Source of the DNA: Escherichia phage slur02
Reading direction: 5' to 3' (one strand)
DNA length: 64,000 nucleotides
Sequence record: NC_028927.1
A program made the position numbers and the translations under genes. Each line of letters starts with the position of its first letter. Position 1 is the first letter of the stretch. The notes beneath the pieces are model-generated. The model ran no database searches. It was not told the DNA's origin and worked only from the letters and a program-made list of their open reading frames with translations. Positions 12,572-23,000 of this stretch are shown here, in pieces.

Positions 12572-12888
12572 AAGTCCTCAACTTGAAAATCGTCTTTAAA
12601 CAATCGGTTAACTATATGAGCTATTATATCACCATGACACGGCTTTGGTTTACATGTGCATCCTAGCCTCATTCCACGTAAAGGCTCTAAATGTGCTTTA
12701 GTTATTTCTCCGGATTTAATTCGACGTATAAAATCTTTTTTGAATAATTCAATGGCAGCCTCCCGGCTGCCAGCATCTTTACCGACGTGATTTCCCCAAA
12801 ATGTACCGCGGTGAATATTAACATCAAAGTCGGATTTGTATTTATTCACTACCCGGCATAGACGGCCCGGTTGGTAATAATTCTTCAT
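12562..12888 (-). CDS. hypothetical protein (108 aa)
   Basis: ORF track; overlaps nrdA start; position of T4 nrdA.x ORFs. Confidence 0.5.
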   Translation of the reverse strand: MKNYYQPGRLCRVVNKYKSDFDVNIHRGTFWGNHVGKDAGSREAAIELFKKDFIRRIKSGEITKAHLEPLRGMRLGCTCKPKPCHGDIIAHIVNRLFKDDFQVEDLCN

Positions 12889-13105
12889 ATTGTTTTTCCG
12901 TTAATACAGTAATATCATAGTAACAATCGGAAGAAGTTTTAACTGTGGAAATTTTATTGTCAAAATACTCACGAGTCATTTTATGAGTATAGTATTTTTT
13001 ACCATAAATGGTAATAGGCTGTTCTGGTCCTGGAACTTCTAACTCGCTTGGGTTAGGAAGTGTAAAAAGAACGGCACCAGAAGTATCTTTAAATCGTAAA
13101 ATCAT
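12842..13105 (-). CDS. hypothetical protein (87 aa)
   Basis: ORF track; overlaps neighbours. Confidence 0.45.
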   Translation of the reverse strand: MILRFKDTSGAVLFTLPNPSELEVPGPEQPITIYGKKYYTHKMTREYFDNKISTVKTSSDCYYDITVLTEKQYEELLPTGPSMPGSE

Positions 13106-13962
13106 ATTGCCATTTTCCCTTTAATTGCTGGATGCGATTCATAATTTTCAAGGATAAAATCTTTCGGTTTCATGTATTCAGTTAACCAGTAAAGCTGTGT
13201 TTCGGTGTCACAATTTCCAAACTCTATAGGCCAATCAATTTTAAGTTCACACAGTTCTTTAGGCTCACGACGTAAAATTTCTTTACATTGCTCAGTATGA
13301 TTCATATAGATGTGAGTATTACCACCAGAAAATATCAAATCTCCTGGGATAAGATTACACATCTTAGCCACAATATGCGTCAAGGCAGCGTACGAGGCAA
13401 TGTTGAATGGCAAGCCCAAGAAAACATCTACACTTCTTTGGTACCATTGTAAATCAAGATAACCATTACGCACATTAAACTGATAGAACATATGACAGGG
13501 CGGTAATGCCATTTGATTGATTTCAGCTGGATTCCATGCTGAAACGATTTGACGTCGATCAGTTGGTAATTTTTTAATACGATCAATAGTTTCAACTAAT
13601 TGATCCACACCACCGAAATCACGCCATTGTTTACCGTATATAGGACCAAGTTCACCACTATGATATCCTAGGTCTTTAGCCTGGTTTTCATAGTTATCGT
13701 CCCAAATAGTTTTACCTTGAATAAGACTACCATGAGTGCGAAGACGTAAATCATTAACATTGGTAGAACCGGAAATAAACCATAAAAGCTCAGCAACGCA
13801 TGCATTCCAGGCGAGCTTCTTAGTTGTTACTGCAGGAAAACCTTTGGTTAAATCCCAACGCAATTTAGTACCGAACAGAGCAATTGTTCCTGTGCCCGTT
13901 CGGTCATCGGTTTCATAGCCATTTTCAAAAATGTCTTTAATTAAATCTTGGTATTGTTTCAT
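13102..13962 (-). CDS. td: thymidylate synthase (286 aa, intronless)
   Basis: 286 aa continuous ORF; ThyA-like sequence; no intron. Confidence 0.95.
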   Translation of the reverse strand: MKQYQDLIKDIFENGYETDDRTGTGTIALFGTKLRWDLTKGFPAVTTKKLAWNACVAELLWFISGSTNVNDLRLRTHGSLIQGKTIWDDNYENQAKDLGYHSGELGPIYGKQWRDFGGVDQLVETIDRIKKLPTDRRQIVSAWNPAEINQMALPPCHMFYQFNVRNGYLDLQWYQRSVDVFLGLPFNIASYAALTHIVAKMCNLIPGDLIFSGGNTHIYMNHTEQCKEILRREPKELCELKIDWPIEFGNCDTETQLYWLTEYMKPKDFILENYESHPAIKGKMAI

Positions 13963-14006
13963 TTAGTACCTTATATAAATTATAATACATTTTATGAAGC
14001 TAATAA

Positions 14007-14354
14007 TTAATACGGTTTAGCATCAAATTTTCTCTCAATTTCAGGCGTGAAATATAATTCTTTACCGCGTTTGGAAAAGCGACCAATAATATGATAATTA
14101 TTCTCATCAAACGTAATATTACCAATATCCATAGCTTTCAACCAAATATCGATATTTCTATCCAGCTTTATGTCAAAATTCCAATACGGAGAACTATTAC
14201 CGAAAATACTACAAGCGGATTCAGTGAAACAGCTACTATAAATCTTGTCTTTAGGAACTACTAATTGATAGACACCTTTAATAAACTGAGGACCTTGCCA
14301 TTTTGGCTGTTTCTCGTCTTTTTCTAATAGAATAGGGTAATAATTAAAATTCAT
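14007..14354 (-). CDS. hypothetical protein (115 aa) inserted between td and frd
   Basis: ORF track; co-oriented; occupies a gap that is absent in T4, where frd and td overlap. Confidence 0.5.
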   Translation of the reverse strand: MNFNYYPILLEKDEKQPKWQGPQFIKGVYQLVVPKDKIYSSCFTESACSIFGNSSPYWNFDIKLDRNIDIWLKAMDIGNITFDENNYHIIGRFSKRGKELYFTPEIERKFDAKPY

Positions 14355-14373
14355 ATTTCCGCCACGCGTTATT

Positions 14374-15200
<827 letters not shown>

Positions 15201-15211
15201 ATTATCTCCTA

Positions 15212-15544
15212 TTAAAAAGGATCAGGAACATATCCGCTAGCTTTAATCATTTTAATTAACGTTAACATTCCTTTGTTAACTGCTCGTGAGATTTCATCAA
15301 AAACTTCATCACTAAAAAGTTCTAACACGCCCTTCTGAACTTTTAATTTACAGCCAACAATTTCTTCATCGCCTATAGTAAATTCATTACCACCAATTCC
15401 ACCGAAAAACTTAATTACACCAGTTAACTGTCTTCCACGAGAATATGGGTCGTGTGATAAAGTAATATGAGTCACCCCGGGTACAGTTTTAAATTGGCAG
15501 CGAATATTTACTTGTGAAATTCCAGTTACATGAATATCAGACAT
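15212..15544 (-). CDS. hypothetical protein (110 aa)
   Basis: ORF track. Confidence 0.5.
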   Translation of the reverse strand: MSDIHVTGISQVNIRCQFKTVPGVTHITLSHDPYSRGRQLTGVIKFFGGIGGNEFTIGDEEIVGCKLKVQKGVLELFSDEVFDEISRAVNKGMLTLIKMIKASGYVPDPF

Positions 15545-15554
15545 AATATTTTCC

Positions 15555-15797
15555 TCAAATAGACTTTTTCACAATTTTCCAATCAGCTTTAAACTGATCG
15601 ACGTCAGAGTGATAAATCCAAAATCCTGCGCTTTCTCCGTCTTCATAAAGAGGACATCCATCGCATTCATCTTCCCACCCCATATCGCGTAAAAGGTGTT
15701 CAGCTTTTTCAACAAGCTCAGAATCTTTACCGATGATATTAAAATACCATTTACCTCTAACTTCTGAATCTTTGATGCTCTGGCGTTGTAATCTCAT
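15555..15797 (-). CDS. hypothetical protein (80 aa)
   Basis: ORF track. Confidence 0.5.
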   Translation of the reverse strand: MRLQRQSIKDSEVRGKWYFNIIGKDSELVEKAEHLLRDMGWEDECDGCPLYEDGESAGFWIYHSDVDQFKADWKIVKKSI

Positions 15798-15908
15798 TTT
15801 ATTCTCCTTAGCAAGCTTTAATCAAAAGATATAAACAGACCAACATAACTGCTGCCATAATATAAGGTGCGAACATTTTCTTTTCTCCATTAGTTTTGAT
15901 AGGGTAAT

Positions 15909-15936
15909 AGTATCACACTACTACCCTTCTGTAAAC
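15909..15936 (-). promoter_or_regulatory. T4-type early promoter (GTTTAC-N18-TACTAT)
   Basis: Minus-strand GTTTACagaagggtagtagtgtgaTACTAT; the -35 overlaps the stop of the upstream ORF (approx coords). Confidence 0.5.
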
Positions 15937-16316
15937 TACTTTTTGAAAGTTTTTCGCAAAAGTTCAATGATTTCATCTACATTGTTTTCGTCAACAACGC
16001 AGTGAATTTTTGTTACGCCAGAAACCTTGTCTTTGACTTCATCTTCTTCAGAAGTCGGTTCTTTATACTCACGAAAACAATGAAATTCATCTTCGCAAAT
16101 TTCTAAAAGTCTATCTTTGAGGTAAAAATGCTTTCCATTTGCGCATTCAATGTGTTTTACTGCTTTATATCCATTAGCGACGGAAACTTCTTTAACTTCA
16201 AACCATCCGCCATTCTCTCGAATGGCTTTAACTATTGATGAATTAGAACGTGGGCTATAATTAATAAATGTATCAATAAGTCTTGGAACAAGTTCATACT
16301 TTTTACCGGTATACAT
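15936..16316 (-). CDS. hypothetical protein (126 aa)
   Basis: ORF track. Confidence 0.5.
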   Translation of the reverse strand: MYTGKKYELVPRLIDTFINYSPRSNSSIVKAIRENGGWFEVKEVSVANGYKAVKHIECANGKHFYLKDRLLEICEDEFHCFREYKEPTSEEDEVKDKVSGVTKIHCVVDENNVDEIIELLRKTFKK

Positions 16317-16360
16317 TACGGTTTCCTCATTTTAATAGGGGCTTGATAGCCCCTTGATAA

Positions 16361-16591
16361 TTATTGTTCAATCAGTCCCATGTAAAATTCTGCGTCTTCA
16401 GAATCCATGCCATCACAATATTCATTAGCCATAAAGCGGGTGAGGTCTTCAAGAGGACCTTCAATGACAATAGAAAAATTGCAATAATTGGGATCATCGT
16501 GAATACTTGTGATACTAAGCTCAGGATAACGATTACGAATAATTTCTTCAATATATTCAAAATCAACAATGTCAATATCAACTTTAGCCAT
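16361..16591 (-). CDS. hypothetical acidic protein (approx 76 aa)
   Basis: Track ORF 16361..16654 trimmed to the internal Met (MAKVDIDIV) preceded by AAGAGGAAAATAAT, because an early promoter occupies the 5' part of the track ORF. Confidence 0.45.
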   Translation of the reverse strand: MAKVDIDIVDFEYIEEIIRNRYPELSITSIHDDPNYCNFSIVIEGPLEDLTRFMANEYCDGMDSEDAEFYMGLIEQ

Positions 16592-16634
16592 ATTATTTTC
16601 CTCTTTAATCATCAGCAGTATTGCCGATAGTTGT

Positions 16635-16664
16635 ATAGTACCATGGAAGGACAAGGATGTAAAC
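16635..16664 (-). promoter_or_regulatory. T4-type early promoter (GTTTAC-N18-TACTAT)
   Basis: Minus-strand cGGTTTACatccttgtccttccatggTACTATAcaactatc; immediately downstream of the gene 32 terminator (approx coords). Confidence 0.55.
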
Positions 16665-16689
16665 CGTTTTGTGAAAAAATTTTTGAAAT

Positions 16690-16716
16690 AAAAAAGGGGA
16701 CCTCTAGGGTCCCCAA
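16690..16716 (-). terminator. rho-independent terminator after gene 32 (GGGGACC-CTAGA-GGTCCCC + T-run)
   Basis: Perfect 7 bp GC stem with T-run on minus strand, directly 3' of gene 32. Confidence 0.65.
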
Positions 16717-16736
16717 TTAATTAGTAATGTAATCTA

Positions 16737-17645
16737 TTAAAGGTCATTCAAAAGGTCATCTAGGTCCGTGTCATCAGCACTAGATGAACTACCAGAGCTT
16801 GAGCTCATAAAATCATCTTCAGTTTTTGTATTGAAGTCATCAACATTGAATGCATCCAAATCATCAGCAACTTTATCAGCTTTCTTAGCAGCAGTTGCAG
16901 CAGCACCGCCCATCACAGCAGTTCCCATAACTTGACCAAATTTAGTGCTCAGTTCTTCAAACGATTTGAATTTATCTTTAGAAGTCATTTCAGAAAGGTC
17001 AACCATTTGTTCGAACAGTTCTTTCTGGAAAGATTCATCATCAATGTTTGGAATCGCAGATTGATTCAGGAATTTAGATTCGTCGTAGTTACTAAATCCA
17101 GAAACTTGTTTAACTTTCAGTACAAAGTTAGCACCTTCCCACGGACAAGTTACATCAACTGGAGTTTCACCCATTTCAACATCAACCGCAATCATTGCAT
17201 TGATTTTATCCCAGATTTTCTTACCGAAACGGTATTTAAATACTTTACCTTCGTTTTCTGGAGCAGCTGGGTCTTTTACTACAAGAATGTTAGCCCAGTA
17301 AGAAGTTTTACGTTTAACAAGACTGTACTCTTTATTGTCAGTGTTGTACAGATCATTTTTACTGATGTACTGACATACTGGGCAAGAATCGTAATCACCG
17401 TGGGTAGATGAACAGTTTTCAATATACCATTTACCATTTTTCTTGAAACCGTGATTTACAAGAATTGCGAATGGTGCTTGTTCATCATTTTTAGACGGAA
17501 GAAAACGAATTACTGCTTGACCATTACCCGCATTGTCGAGTTTCAGTTTCCACTCGCCTTTATCTTCAGAAGAAAAACCACCTTTATTTCCAGCCAGTTT
17601 AGCCATTTGTGCAGCGAGTTCAGCAGTAGATTTACGTTTAAACAT
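16737..17645 (-). CDS. 32: gp32 single-stranded DNA-binding protein
   Basis: 302 aa ORF; gp32-like sequence with acidic Ser/Asp-rich C-terminal tail; synteny frd-32-59. Confidence 0.95.
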   Translation of the reverse strand: MFKRKSTAELAAQMAKLAGNKGGFSSEDKGEWKLKLDNAGNGQAVIRFLPSKNDEQAPFAILVNHGFKKNGKWYIENCSSTHGDYDSCPVCQYISKNDLYNTDNKEYSLVKRKTSYWANILVVKDPAAPENEGKVFKYRFGKKIWDKINAMIAVDVEMGETPVDVTCPWEGANFVLKVKQVSGFSNYDESKFLNQSAIPNIDDESFQKELFEQMVDLSEMTSKDKFKSFEELSTKFGQVMGTAVMGGAAATAAKKADKVADDLDAFNVDDFNTKTEDDFMSSSSGSSSSADDTDLDDLLNDL

Positions 17646-17700
17646 TTTTATTTCCTTTTTAATTTAATTAACAGTTGGTGCTATGACGATGTATGACCTC
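17646..17700 (-). promoter_or_regulatory. gene 32 translational operator (structured leader plus A/U-rich UUAAA repeats before the start codon)
   Basis: mRNA-sense ...gaggucauacaucgucauagcaccaacuguuaauuaaauuaaaaaggaaauaaaaAUG read directly; matches the known autoregulatory leader architecture of T4 gene 32. Confidence 0.6.
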
Positions 17701-17745
17701 ATAGCTGGTCAGTGAGATAATTATAATCTATTTATAATAAGCAAT
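17700..17745 (-). promoter_or_regulatory. overlapping late (TATAAATA) and middle (MotA box TTGCTTA, 12 bp spacer, TATAAT) promoters for gene 32
   Basis: Minus-strand aattGCTTAttataaatagatTATAATtatctc; TATAAATA present on the transcribed strand (approx coords). Confidence 0.5.
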
Positions 17746-18398
17746 TAATACTTGCAAGATTTCACAGTTTCAATGAAAACATTTTTAGCTTTCTGTGAAT
17801 CAATATTTAAAATTTTTCTATAAGCCTTTAACTTTATAGAATAATTATTCCAGACTAAATTATCAGTCTGTTCATCATGTTTATCAATTATATTTAAAAA
17901 CGAATCAAGCAAGATAAACGTCTCAAACGAAATTATGTTCGATTGCAGAAGTTTAAAAATATAACTTGACTGAACTTTTGGATTATATTCAAAGATTTCT
18001 TTAAAAGCAGAAACTTCAACTTTTTTACTAAAATAATAAATGTTGCGAATATCTTCTTCAAACTTAAATTTAATTTGCTTTAAGCGTCCGATATATTCAC
18101 GATAAAACACAAGTGCATCAGCGTCAGAGATGTCACCAATCCAAGCATCTTGGTTAGCAACAAGATTGCTTATAAAGATTAAAGCAAGTTCCTTTAATTT
18201 ATATTTTTCTGATAACTTCTGGAAAAAATACTTATCCCTTCGCTTTTGATAAGCGGCATCAGACACCCGCATGCACCAATTATACTTAATAACATCATAC
18301 TTTCCATTCATATGCTGTTTTATCATTAAGTATAATTTATAAACTGATTTACCATCAATGTATCTTTCACCACCAGCAGGCATGCGGAGTTTAATCAT
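17745..18398 (-). CDS. 59: gp59 helicase-loading protein (217 aa)
   Basis: 217 aa as T4 gp59; synteny 32-59-33. Confidence 0.9.
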   Translation of the reverse strand: MIKLRMPAGGERYIDGKSVYKLYLMIKQHMNGKYDVIKYNWCMRVSDAAYQKRRDKYFFQKLSEKYKLKELALIFISNLVANQDAWIGDISDADALVFYREYIGRLKQIKFKFEEDIRNIYYFSKKVEVSAFKEIFEYNPKVQSSYIFKLLQSNIISFETFILLDSFLNIIDKHDEQTDNLVWNNYSIKLKAYRKILNIDSQKAKNVFIETVKSCKY

Positions 18399-18733
18399 AG
18401 TAGAAAATCTAATGTATTAGTTTTTTCACAACGAACAACAGAAGGACGTAAAAGATTTTCGTCGATAGCTTCTGACTGAATTTTTTCAATTATACCCGAA
18501 GGAATAAATTTAGCAAATTGAGTTTCAGGAATAGAGTTTTCTTCCAAGAATGCTGTCGTAGCTTCAAGATAACTCATTCCAAACTCTTCTACCATTTTTT
18601 CAATAATAAATCCATTTTCTTGGCGGTCAAGAAGCTTTGCAATTTCATCCTTTTCTTTCTTAATTGAAAGTTCTTTTTCTGAAAGACCGGTCTCATCGAC
18701 CGGACGAATATCATTTAGAGAAAACTGTGTCAT
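18395..18733 (-). CDS. 33: gp33 late-transcription co-activator (approx 112 aa)
   Basis: Track ORF trimmed to Met4 (MTQFSL) to give the 112 aa of T4 gp33; synteny. Confidence 0.8.
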   Translation of the reverse strand: MTQFSLNDIRPVDETGLSEKELSIKKEKDEIAKLLDRQENGFIIEKMVEEFGMSYLEATTAFLEENSIPETQFAKFIPSGIIEKIQSEAIDENLLRPSVVRCEKTNTLDFLL

Positions 18734-18980
18734 AAAGTTCAACTACCTCTTCAGTTTCAGCTTCAAACACATCACGGTTATCTTTATGATACAAAGCTAA
18801 TAGACGATTAAACATCTTACCATCAACACCAAGTTCATCTTTGGCACGAATTCGAATATCTTTAATCAGTTCATTATAACCGGAAATTTTCAGTTTATGA
18901 TCAGATGCTTCTTTAATAAATTTAGCCAAGTCTTCGCCGTGGATAGCTTCATCAAATTCAACCATTTCTTTTTTAGCCAT
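18711..18980 (-). CDS. dsbA: DsbA dsDNA-binding late-transcription protein (89 aa)
   Basis: 89 aa; position between 33 and rnh as in T4. Confidence 0.8.
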   Translation of the reverse strand: MAKKEMVEFDEAIHGEDLAKFIKEASDHKLKISGYNELIKDIRIRAKDELGVDGKMFNRLLALYHKDNRDVFEAETEEVVELYDTVFSK

Positions 18981-18988
18981 TATTCACC

Positions 18989-19906
18989 TCAAAATTCATT
19001 AATGCTATTAGTTAATTTAGAAAGACCCGCTTTTACAAAATATGAATAAATTTTGCCACGCGGTGGTAATTTATATGAATTATAGTAATTCACAATGTTT
19101 GAAGCAATATTATCAGGAATATAATCAAAATCAATTAGAACTAAATTTTCTTTATAACGATTATATTCAGATTCTGTGAGAAGCACCTTAGCTTGCTCAC
19201 GGTCATTAGCAATAGCTTCAACGATTGAAGTTTTCATTGAAGGAGTTCGTTCACCTTCAACTCTGGTAAACCAAAAGTCAGATCGTACTTTAACTGAAGC
19301 AACGTTATCCTTTTTGTCGCCTTTAAGGATTTTAGTCATACAGTCAATTTCAGCAGAACCGCTTTTAATTTTAACCCATTTCTTATGCATCGGTGACCAT
19401 TGCTTAACATTTGGGTATTTGTGAAGCTGTGTAAAGTCACCATCCGATGAAATGATTAAAATCTTGTGTCCTTCTAAAGAGAACTTTTTAACAAGAACAG
19501 CAATGTGGTCATCTGCTTCATACTTATCAATATCCATAACAATGTATGGCATATAAGCTTTCAATTCATCTATAACTTTATGACTAGATTCAAAATAACC
19601 TTCCCAGTCCCAAGTCGATTCTTCTCGTGCTTTTCCACGGTTTTTCTTATAATAATAAGCAAAATCACGGCGCCAGTATCCAGATTTCGCGTTATCAATA
19701 CACAGTACAATTTTAGTGTATCCAAGCGTTTTTGCTTTTTTGACATTAAACTTAATTGAGTTCAATATCAAATGACGAACCATTGATAAATTAATTTTTT
19801 CTTTATCTGGGAAGTTTACCAAAGCAGTTGAAAGCGCAATTTGACTAAAGTCAATAAAGCAAATTCCTTCTTTGTAATCTTCATCCAGCATCATTTCTAA
19901 ATCCAT
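18989..19906 (-). CDS. rnh: RNase H / 5'-3' exonuclease (FEN family), approx 305 aa
   Basis: Start trimmed to Met6 (MDLEMML), preceded by GAGG; 305 aa as T4 Rnh; synteny. Confidence 0.9.
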   Translation of the reverse strand: MDLEMMLDEDYKEGICFIDFSQIALSTALVNFPDKEKINLSMVRHLILNSIKFNVKKAKTLGYTKIVLCIDNAKSGYWRRDFAYYYKKNRGKAREESTWDWEGYFESSHKVIDELKAYMPYIVMDIDKYEADDHIAVLVKKFSLEGHKILIISSDGDFTQLHKYPNVKQWSPMHKKWVKIKSGSAEIDCMTKILKGDKKDNVASVKVRSDFWFTRVEGERTPSMKTSIVEAIANDREQAKVLLTESEYNRYKENLVLIDFDYIPDNIASNIVNYYNSYKLPPRGKIYSYFVKAGLSKLTNSINEF

Positions 19907-19936
19907 ATGAACCTCGTTCAATTAGTGAGATTTCTA

Positions 19937-19965
19937 TTATATACCATCCAAATCTTAAAGTAAAC
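19937..19965 (-). promoter_or_regulatory. candidate early promoter for rnh (GTTTAC ... TATATAAT)
   Basis: Minus-strand GTTTACtttaagatttggatggTATATAATag; spacer length approximate. Confidence 0.45.
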
Positions 19966-19968
19966 AAG

Positions 19969-19976
19969 TATAAATA
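19969..19976 (+). promoter_or_regulatory. late promoter TATAAATA for gene 34
   Basis: Exact TATAAATA on + strand about 35 nt upstream of the gene 34 ATG. Confidence 0.6.
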
Positions 19977-20010
19977 CTTATTATTGAAAACACAATAGGA
20001 GCCCGGGAGA

Positions 20011-23000
20011 ATGGCCGAGATTAAAAGAAAGTTCAGAGCAGAAGACGGTCTGGACGCAGGTGGTGATAAAATAATCAACGTAGCTTTAGCTGATCGTACC
20101 GTAGGAACTGACGGTGTTAACGTTGATTACTTAATTCAAGAAAACACAGTTCAACAATACGATCCAACTCGTGGATATTTAAAAGATTTTGTAATCATTT
20201 ATGATAACCGCTTTTGGGCTGCTATAAATGATATTCCAAAACCGGCAGGAGCTTTTAATAGCGGACGCTGGAGAGCATTACGTACCGATGCTAACTGGAT
20301 TACGGTTTCATCTGGTTCATATCAATTAAAATCTGGTGAAGCTATTTCAGTTAACACCGCAGCTGGTAATGATATTACATTTACTTTACCATCTACCCCA
20401 ATTGATGGTGATACTATCGTTCTCCAAGATATTGGAGGAAAACCTGGAGTTAACCAAGTTTTAATTGTAGCTCCGGTGCAAAGTATTGTAAACTTTAGAG
20501 GTGAACAGGTACGTTCAGTACTAATGACTCATCCAAAGTCACAGCTAGTTTTAATTTTTAGTAATCGTCTGTGGCAAATGTATGTTGCTGATTATAGCAG
20601 AGAAGCTGTAGTTGTAACACCAGCAAGTCTATATCAGGCGCAATCTAATGATTTTATCGTACGTAGATTTACTTCTGCTGCACCGATAAATATTAAACTT
20701 CCAAGATTTGCTAATCACGGCGATATTATTAATTTCGTCGATTTGGACAAATTAAATCCACTTTATCATACAATTGTTACTACATACGATGAAACTACTT
20801 CAATACAAGAAGATGGAACTCATTCTATTGAAGGCCGTACATCGATTGACGGTTTCTTGATGTTTGATGATAATGAGAAATTGTGGAGATTGTTTGACGG
20901 GGATAGTAAAGCACGTTTACGCATTATAACGACTAATTCTAATATTCGTCCAAACGAAGAAGTTATGGTATTTGGTGCGAATAACGGAACAACTCAAACA
21001 ATTGAGCTTCAGCTTCCAACTAATATTTCTGTTGGTGATACTGTTAAAATTTCCATGAATTACATGAGAAAAGGACAAACAGTTAAAATCAAAGCTGCAG
21101 GTGAAGATAAAATTGCTTCTTCAGTTCAATTGCTGCAATTCCCAAAACGTTCAGAATATCCGCCTGAAGCTGAATGGGTGACTGTTCAAGAATTAGTTTT
21201 TAACGGTGAAACTAATTATGTTCCAGTTTTACAACTTGCTTATATAGAAGATTCTGACGGAAAATACTGGGTTGTACAACAAAACGTTCCAACCGTAGAA
21301 AGAGTTGATTCTTTAAATGATTCTACTAGAGCAAGATTAGGCGTAATTGCTTTAGCTACACAGGCTCAAGCTAACGTCGATTTAGAAAATTCTCCACAAA
21401 AAGAATTAGCAATTACTCCAGAAACATTAGCTAACCGTACTGCTACAGAAACTCGTAGAGGTATCGCAAGAATAGCAACTACTGCTCAAGTGAATCAGAA
21501 CACCACATTCTCTTTTGCTGATGATATTATCATCACTCCTAAAAAGCTGAATGAAAGAACTGCTACAGAAACTCGCAGAGGTGTTGCAGAAATTGCTACT
21601 CAGCAAGAAACAAACGCAGGAACAGATGATACAACCATCATTACTCCTAAAAAGCTTCAAGCTCGTCAAGGTTCTGAATCATTATCTGGTATTGTAACTT
21701 TTGTATCTACTGCAGGTGCTACTCCAGCTTCTAGCCGTGAATTAAATGGTACGAATGTTTATAATAAAAACACTAATAATTTAGTTGTTTCGCCAAAAGC
21801 TTTGGATCAATATAAAGCTACTCCAACGCAACAAGGTGCAGTAATTTTAGCAGTTGAAAGTGAAGTAATTGCTGGACAAAGCCAAGAAGGATGGGCAAAT
21901 GCGGTTGTAACGCCAGAAACGTTACATAAAAAGACATCAACTGATGCAAGAATTGGTTTAATTGAAATTGCTACGCAAAGTGAAGTTAATACAGGAACTG
22001 ATTATACTCGTGCAGTCACTCCTAAAACTTTAAATGACCGTAGAGCAACTGAAAGTTTAAGTGGTATAGCTGAAATTGCTACACAGGTTGAATTCGACGC
22101 AGGCGTCGACGATACTCGTATCTCTACACCATTAAAAATTAAAACCAGATTTAATAGTACTGATCGTACTTCTGTTGTTGCTCTATCTGGATTAGTTGAA
22201 TCAGGAACTCTCTGGGACCATTATACCCTTAATATTCTTGAAGCAAATGAGACACAGCGTGGTACACTTCGTGTAGCTACACAAGTTGAAGCTGCTGCAG
22301 GAACATTAGATAATGTTTTAATAACTCCTAAAAAGCTTTTAGGTACTAAATCTACTGAAGCACAAGAAGGTGTTATTAAAGTTGCAACTCAGTCTGAAAC
22401 TGTGACTGGAACGTCAACAAATACTGCTGTATCTCCAAAAAATTTAAAATGGATTGTGCAGAGTGAACCTACTTGGGCAGCTACTACTGCAATAAGAGGT
22501 TTTGTTAAAACTTCATCTGGTTCAATTACATTCGTTGGTAATGATACAGTCGGTTCTACACAAGATTTAGAACTGTATGAGAAAAATAGCTATGCAGTAT
22601 CACCATATGAATTAAACCGTGTATTAGCAAATTATCTGCCGTTAAAAGCAAAAGCTGTAGATAGTAATTTATTGGATGGTCTAGATTCATCTCAGTTCAT
22701 TCGTAGGGATATTGCACAGACGGTTAATGGTTCACTAACCTTAACCCAACAAACGAATCTGAGTGCCCCTCTTGTATCATCTAGTACTGCTACGTTCGGT
22801 GGATCAGTCACAGCAAATAGTACATTAACTATTTCTAATACTGGTACGTCTTCTTCTCGATTTACATTTGAGAAGGGTCCTGCTTCTGGTAGTAATGCTG
22901 ATTCTGCACTGCATGTTCGTGTATGGGGTAATAAGTACAGCGGCGGTTCTGATGTAACTCGCGCAACGATTATAGAATTCTATGATGCATCCGGCACTCA

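Noticed and set aside
13102-13962. Group I intron or intron-encoded endonuclease in td (and in nrdB 8491..9669)
   Set aside because: Both reading frames are continuous and full length with no interruption, so no intron is present.
21427-21669. Minus-strand ORFs inside the late tail fiber genes (21427..21669, 22825..23013, 26710..26949, 28843..29067, 29847..30032, 30088..30282)
   Set aside because: Antisense to genes 34, 37 and 38, which have clear identity and length; no promoter or SD support.
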